Origin: Marsupella aquatica
Lineage: Eukaryota; Plantae; Marchantiophyta
Assembly: GCA_973895155.1 (NCBI GenBank)
Contig: OZ316893.1
Span: 28,282,210-28,346,209 of the forward strand
Direction of reading: 5' to 3'
Length of the DNA stretch: 64,000 nucleotides
Below the pieces are notes generated by a model, which saw only the letters and a list, made by a program, of their open reading frames with translations, did not search any database and was not told the DNA's origin. The position numbers and the translations under genes are program-made. How positions within the stretch are numbered: position 1 is the stretch's first letter; the number at the start of each line of letters is the position of its first letter. Below are positions 59,498 to 64,000 of this stretch, in pieces.

Positions 59498-62400
59498 AAC
59501 TGTATATATCTTCTCTGCACAGCGCGTGCAATGAGGCCGGTCTTCAGGCCATTTCAGGGTATTTAGGGACCGCGGTGCATGGTCTCCTACATGCAGTGCA
59601 CGGTCTCAACGTTTCATTATTTGGACTCCCACAACATTATTATTAAAACCTTTAAACTCCACTAGTATTGATTAGGGTGACTTACGGGTGGTTGCCGTAG
59701 GCTCCCATAACATTATTTTTTAAGTGTTCATACACCACTAGCATTCATTGTGACTCACTTGTAGTCCCGCACTCCCATAACATTTCCAATAAATGTCTTT
59801 TGCAGCTATAACATTCATGTTGAAACCATTGGACTCCGTTAGCATCAAAAGTGTCACCATTCAATTTGGGATCGTGAGAAATACAAAGGAAACAAAGCTT
59901 GGTCAATGCTTCTAGAATTCTTGTACCAGCCTTCAATCTGGTTCCTTAATGTGCTCGTCACCTTCAAATTCCCTTCTGCATTATTGTTGGGTCGGTATTT
60001 TGGTCGGGAAGCATTGGCCTTCGAGAATTCCTGTCGCTGGCCTTCAATCTGGTCCTGACTGTGCTCGCCACCTCCAAATTCCCTTCAATCTGCATCTTGA
60101 ATCTTGCATCGCTTGGATGGCGTACTGACATCGTCAATAATTGCAGCAAGTGATGGATTAGAGTCATTCACTGTCGGATGCAGTCTTCGAGCGAAGGCAT
60201 TTCTGAATGGTTGCATTTTTTATGCTTACTGGTGGCAGTGGCGTGGCGTGGTTTCAGGCTGAGTGTGCAGTGATGGAGCTTCTCTTCTGTACAACATCCA
60301 TGGTTGCGGTATCCATGCCTTGCTACTCACCTCCATCTGTGTTGCAACTCCATTCAGACACTCCTAGGACCCAAATCGCCTTCACTGTCCAACCCACCAT
60401 ACAACACTCTTATGTAAAGGCTGTGTCTCACATGCGATACATGGTATGTCTCCAAGTTTCAGCATATGGACTCCCACAACATTTCCGGTTAAAGTGGAGG
60501 CTCCCATAACATTTCCGGTTAAACCGTAGACTCCCATAGCTTTCATGTTGAAACCTTTAAACTCCGTTAGCATCAAATGTGTCACCATTCAATTTTGGAC
60601 GTGGGAAATGAGATACAAAATTTTGGACGTGGGAAATGCCCATGTGCTCAGATGGGTATGTATGTTTCAAATTACAGTATTTTGAAGGTTGGGGGTTACG
60701 AGGGATGGGGTATTCCAAAACGCACAGCCACCATGTGTTGGGGTAATGCAAGTGCCAATGTGCTCCGAAGGGTATGTATGTATCAAATTACAGTATTTTG
60801 AAGGTTGGGGGTATGAGGGATGGGGTATTCTAAAATGCACAGCCACCATGGGCTGGGGTAATGCAAATTAATGCCCATGTGCTCTGAAGGGTATTAATAG
60901 GATAATGTCCTGGTTAGAGGGCATTGTGGGATATAATGCCCGTAACTAGGACATTTAATGTACGTAAAAACTTGAGTGACTTTTTGGTAACAAACAAGAA
61001 AAAGTGAATCCCTGAAATAGAAAATTCAAATTAAAGGGTCATCCAAGAAGTGGTTGCTATGGAATTGGCCAAAAATATACCTTCTTTAGTTATATTAGAT
61101 TCTATTCATAGATATTGTGTTAGTATCAGGTAGGTGTTTTGTATAATCCCCTCCTCAAAAAAAGGGGTGCATTATGGAGAATTAATGCACTCAAATATAC
61201 AAAGAGAAAAGCCACGAAAGTCTTTACGTATCAAAATTACAGTATTGAAGGTGAAGGGGGGTACGTGGGATGGGGGTATTCTATAACGCACAGCCACAGT
61301 TGAAGCCACTTTGATAAGTGATTACTCAGTTGAACAATAGGAGAGCAATGCTGCTCTAAGTGGAATGTCTTATTTTGTTTACGAGTGGAATGTCTTGTTT
61401 TGTGGACTACCGTAAACAGACATGTTCATTAATGAAGAAATGCGGTGCTGGTCAGACTGTCCTCACTGTTGTTTTTATAAAGTGGGATGAGAAGCTATTG
61501 ACAAACCACATCATCACTGACCACACACACTCTTACTGTATAATAATCAGAAGTACTCACTGTACTGTCCAGTAGTCTGCGTTTTTGGATTAGTTGTGAT
61601 GATTTCTGTTCAGTCTGCTACTATAAGGAGGTTGAATGGGCAACCTTCCAGTATGGGTGAAGGTTTTTTCGGGAACAAACAGGCACAGCAGGGTAGTATG
61701 GTTGAATTGCCTAATCTATCTTGTTGTGGGCATTGTATTGCACCTCGCGCTAACCCTTGGTACACTCTTAATCTTAAAAGGTGTTCATCTGTAAAGGCCA
61801 AGTATTCTGATAAACCCACACAACACTATTGAAAGAAAAGGAACAAGGTTTAGGGTTTAGAGTATTCTGAGAAAACCACACACTGTTGACACTGTTTACA
61901 TGATAAATGGCCATTGTCAGTAAGAGATACAAAAGTTGAGGTCATGTAATGCGGTATTATGGTTCATATTATTTAGGAAATTGGGCCATATACGTGGATA
62001 TCATGCACAAGCTAGGGTAATCTAATAATCGAGTAATGTACAACTAAGGTTAATGTTAGGAATACATCCGAACCTCGGGGTAATCCAATCACAAAGCAAT
62101 GTACTAGACAAGTTAATCTTAGGATATTGTGCCATACACACGGATACGAAAGTTGGGGTAATCTTATCCATCAATAAATATACATTAATTAATGTTTAGG
62201 ATTTGTGCCATACACATGAATACAAAAGCCGGGGTAATCTTATAATCAATAAAGTACTAGTAAGGTTAATGTTTGGAAATTGGCCACACCCATGGATACA
62301 AAGCTGGGGTAATCCTACACATAGATACGAAGCAAATGCCGGGGTAATCTAATAATCATAATTAAAGTACAAATGAATGTATTAAGGAATGTACTAAGCT

Positions 62401-64000
62401 GGGCTGTAAAAATGTGGGGTTTTACATACATGGACACAAGACTATAAACGTGACGAAATGATGTAATCATGCAGGTCAGGTAAAGTAGGAAGATTGTTTG
62501 TTACACCAACAGTCTTCGGCCACAAATGAGTTTTCGGCCACAAATGAGGTGTTGTACAACACATTTGTTATGTCATACAGCCATCCATTTGAGTAGTGTT
62601 TTTTTATCTAGATGTAAGTGTCCAGTGTGAGGGAAAATTGGCAGGTCATGTGGGACTGGGGAAAATAAATTTTGATTTGTGTGAAGTGCGCCTCACACGT
62701 CGCTTCTAGGTTCTGAAAATCTAGGGTTGATGGTAAAAATGAAAATGTATAATCTGAGTATGAAATAGATACGGAGGTGTCGAGGAGTAAAACTAGACCA
62801 GACCAGAATGGGGCAGGGGGAGTTTAGGGTCCATTTATATTGAATGTAATGAGAGAATTGTTTACTAGAATAAATGGTACCCCATATTTAAATAACGTGT
62901 CTATTGATCGATACCCAGGAAAGAAAATACCGTCCTATCTTCTTTGCACTTCAACCGATGCACAATGCTTGCCTTTCTAGAGAACAAGGTAGCCAAAACA
63001 AATTCACCGAAGAGAATAGATAGTTCAAAACTCCTGACTCTAATTTACAAATACTACAAAAAAACATTTGACTCTTACCTGAAGTTTTCCTATCGTCTAA
63101 AATCTTAAAGTTTCCCTTTCCTGAAGCTCAAATTGTTTTTCCTTCCCTGCCCTTCCTCAAGTTTTTTTCCCTAGCGCCTGAAGCTGGAGTTTTTTTTCCT
63201 TCCCCCCTGACGGTGAAGTTTTTTTTTCTTCCTGGAAAAAGCTGAATTTTTTTTTGCTTGCTTTGGTTTTTGCTGTTTTTCTTCTCCCCCACTTTCACAT
63301 TATGTAGGTTTGTACATCATGTGCGAAAAAAACTAGGATACAATGTATGGATTTGATGAAAAAAATCACCTCTGGTTTAGGGAACCAATATAGAGCAGGT
63401 AAATTCAGGCATGTACTTTGGCTGGTATTTGTCCCTGCAATACCCAAAATGCTGGTCCGGTGAGGTTTAGGGTCTTTTCAGTACGTTTGGAGTCCTTCTA
63501 CCGGCGCAGGGCGCCTTCATGGGGTCCCTGCCCGCTTCGTTGCTTGCTATGACTAATAAAAGTACCCTCATTAATAAGAGTACCCTCATGGACAAGGCCC
63601 AACACAAGGATACCCTTAGGAGATAAGAGTACCCTCACTGATAAGGGTACCCTCATTATCAAAGTACCATTGTTGATAAGTGTACCCTCATTGATACTTA
63701 AGAGTACCCTCATACGCAAGGGTACCCTCAGGAGATAAGAGTACCCTCATTGATAAGGGTACCCTCACTGATCAAAGTACCATTGTTGATAAGCGTACCC
63801 ATTGATAAGAGTACCCTCGCTGATAAGAGTCCCTCGCTGATAAGAGTACCCTCGTTGATAAGAGTACCCTCAAGCACAAGGGTACCCTCAGGAGATAAGA
63901 GTACCCTCATTGATAAGGGTACCCTCATTGATCTAATTAAGTACCATCGTTGATAAATGTACCACATTGATAAGAGTACCCTCACTGATAAGAGTACCCT
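59498..64000 (+). mobile_element. Second, cargo-poor copy of the backbone (A 59498-60619, B 60640-61300, C 61600-63280, D 63280-end)
   Basis: Same modules in the same order as 11340-28612. Lacks the 12.6-16.8 kb and 18-26 kb inserts. Runs off the window. Confidence 0.85.
63555..64000 (+). repeat. 18-bp minisatellite, third array
   Basis: GATAAGAGTACCCTC(A/G)(T/C)T units read directly. Confidence 0.92.

Overview
Eukaryotic DNA, almost certainly from a land plant (GT-AG introns, TTTAGGG motifs, plant-type ALDH7B and Ty3/Gypsy relics; a non-seed plant is my guess). Bases 1-5.5 kb are TE debris: an LTR end nested in a Gypsy pol relic, and a TIR/TSD-bounded MITE. 6279-10643 is an intact 14-exon host ALDH7B gene. 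From 11340 to the window end lies what looks like a giant composite mobile element in head-to-tail arrangement. A backbone of repeat modules (A, 116-bp satellite B, C, D with an 18-bp palindromic satellite) starts at 11340 and starts again, base for base, at 59498. Between the two starts sits chromatin-related cargo: (i) an intact intronless 1652-aa protein with Zn fingers, a tyrosine-recombinase-like domain and a RecQ helicase (fungal telomere-linked-helicase architecture), flanked by 1.2-1.4 kb direct repeats; (ii) a TET/JBP-like 2OG-Fe(II) dioxygenase; (iii) an EDM2-type PHD cassette; (iv) a RAD5/16-type SNF2-RING remodeler probably fused to a 63-aa coiled-coil array; (v) a telobox Myb protein; (vi) a nested Gypsy relic with large extra ORFs. 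All family calls come from motif recognition by eye, not from database searches.
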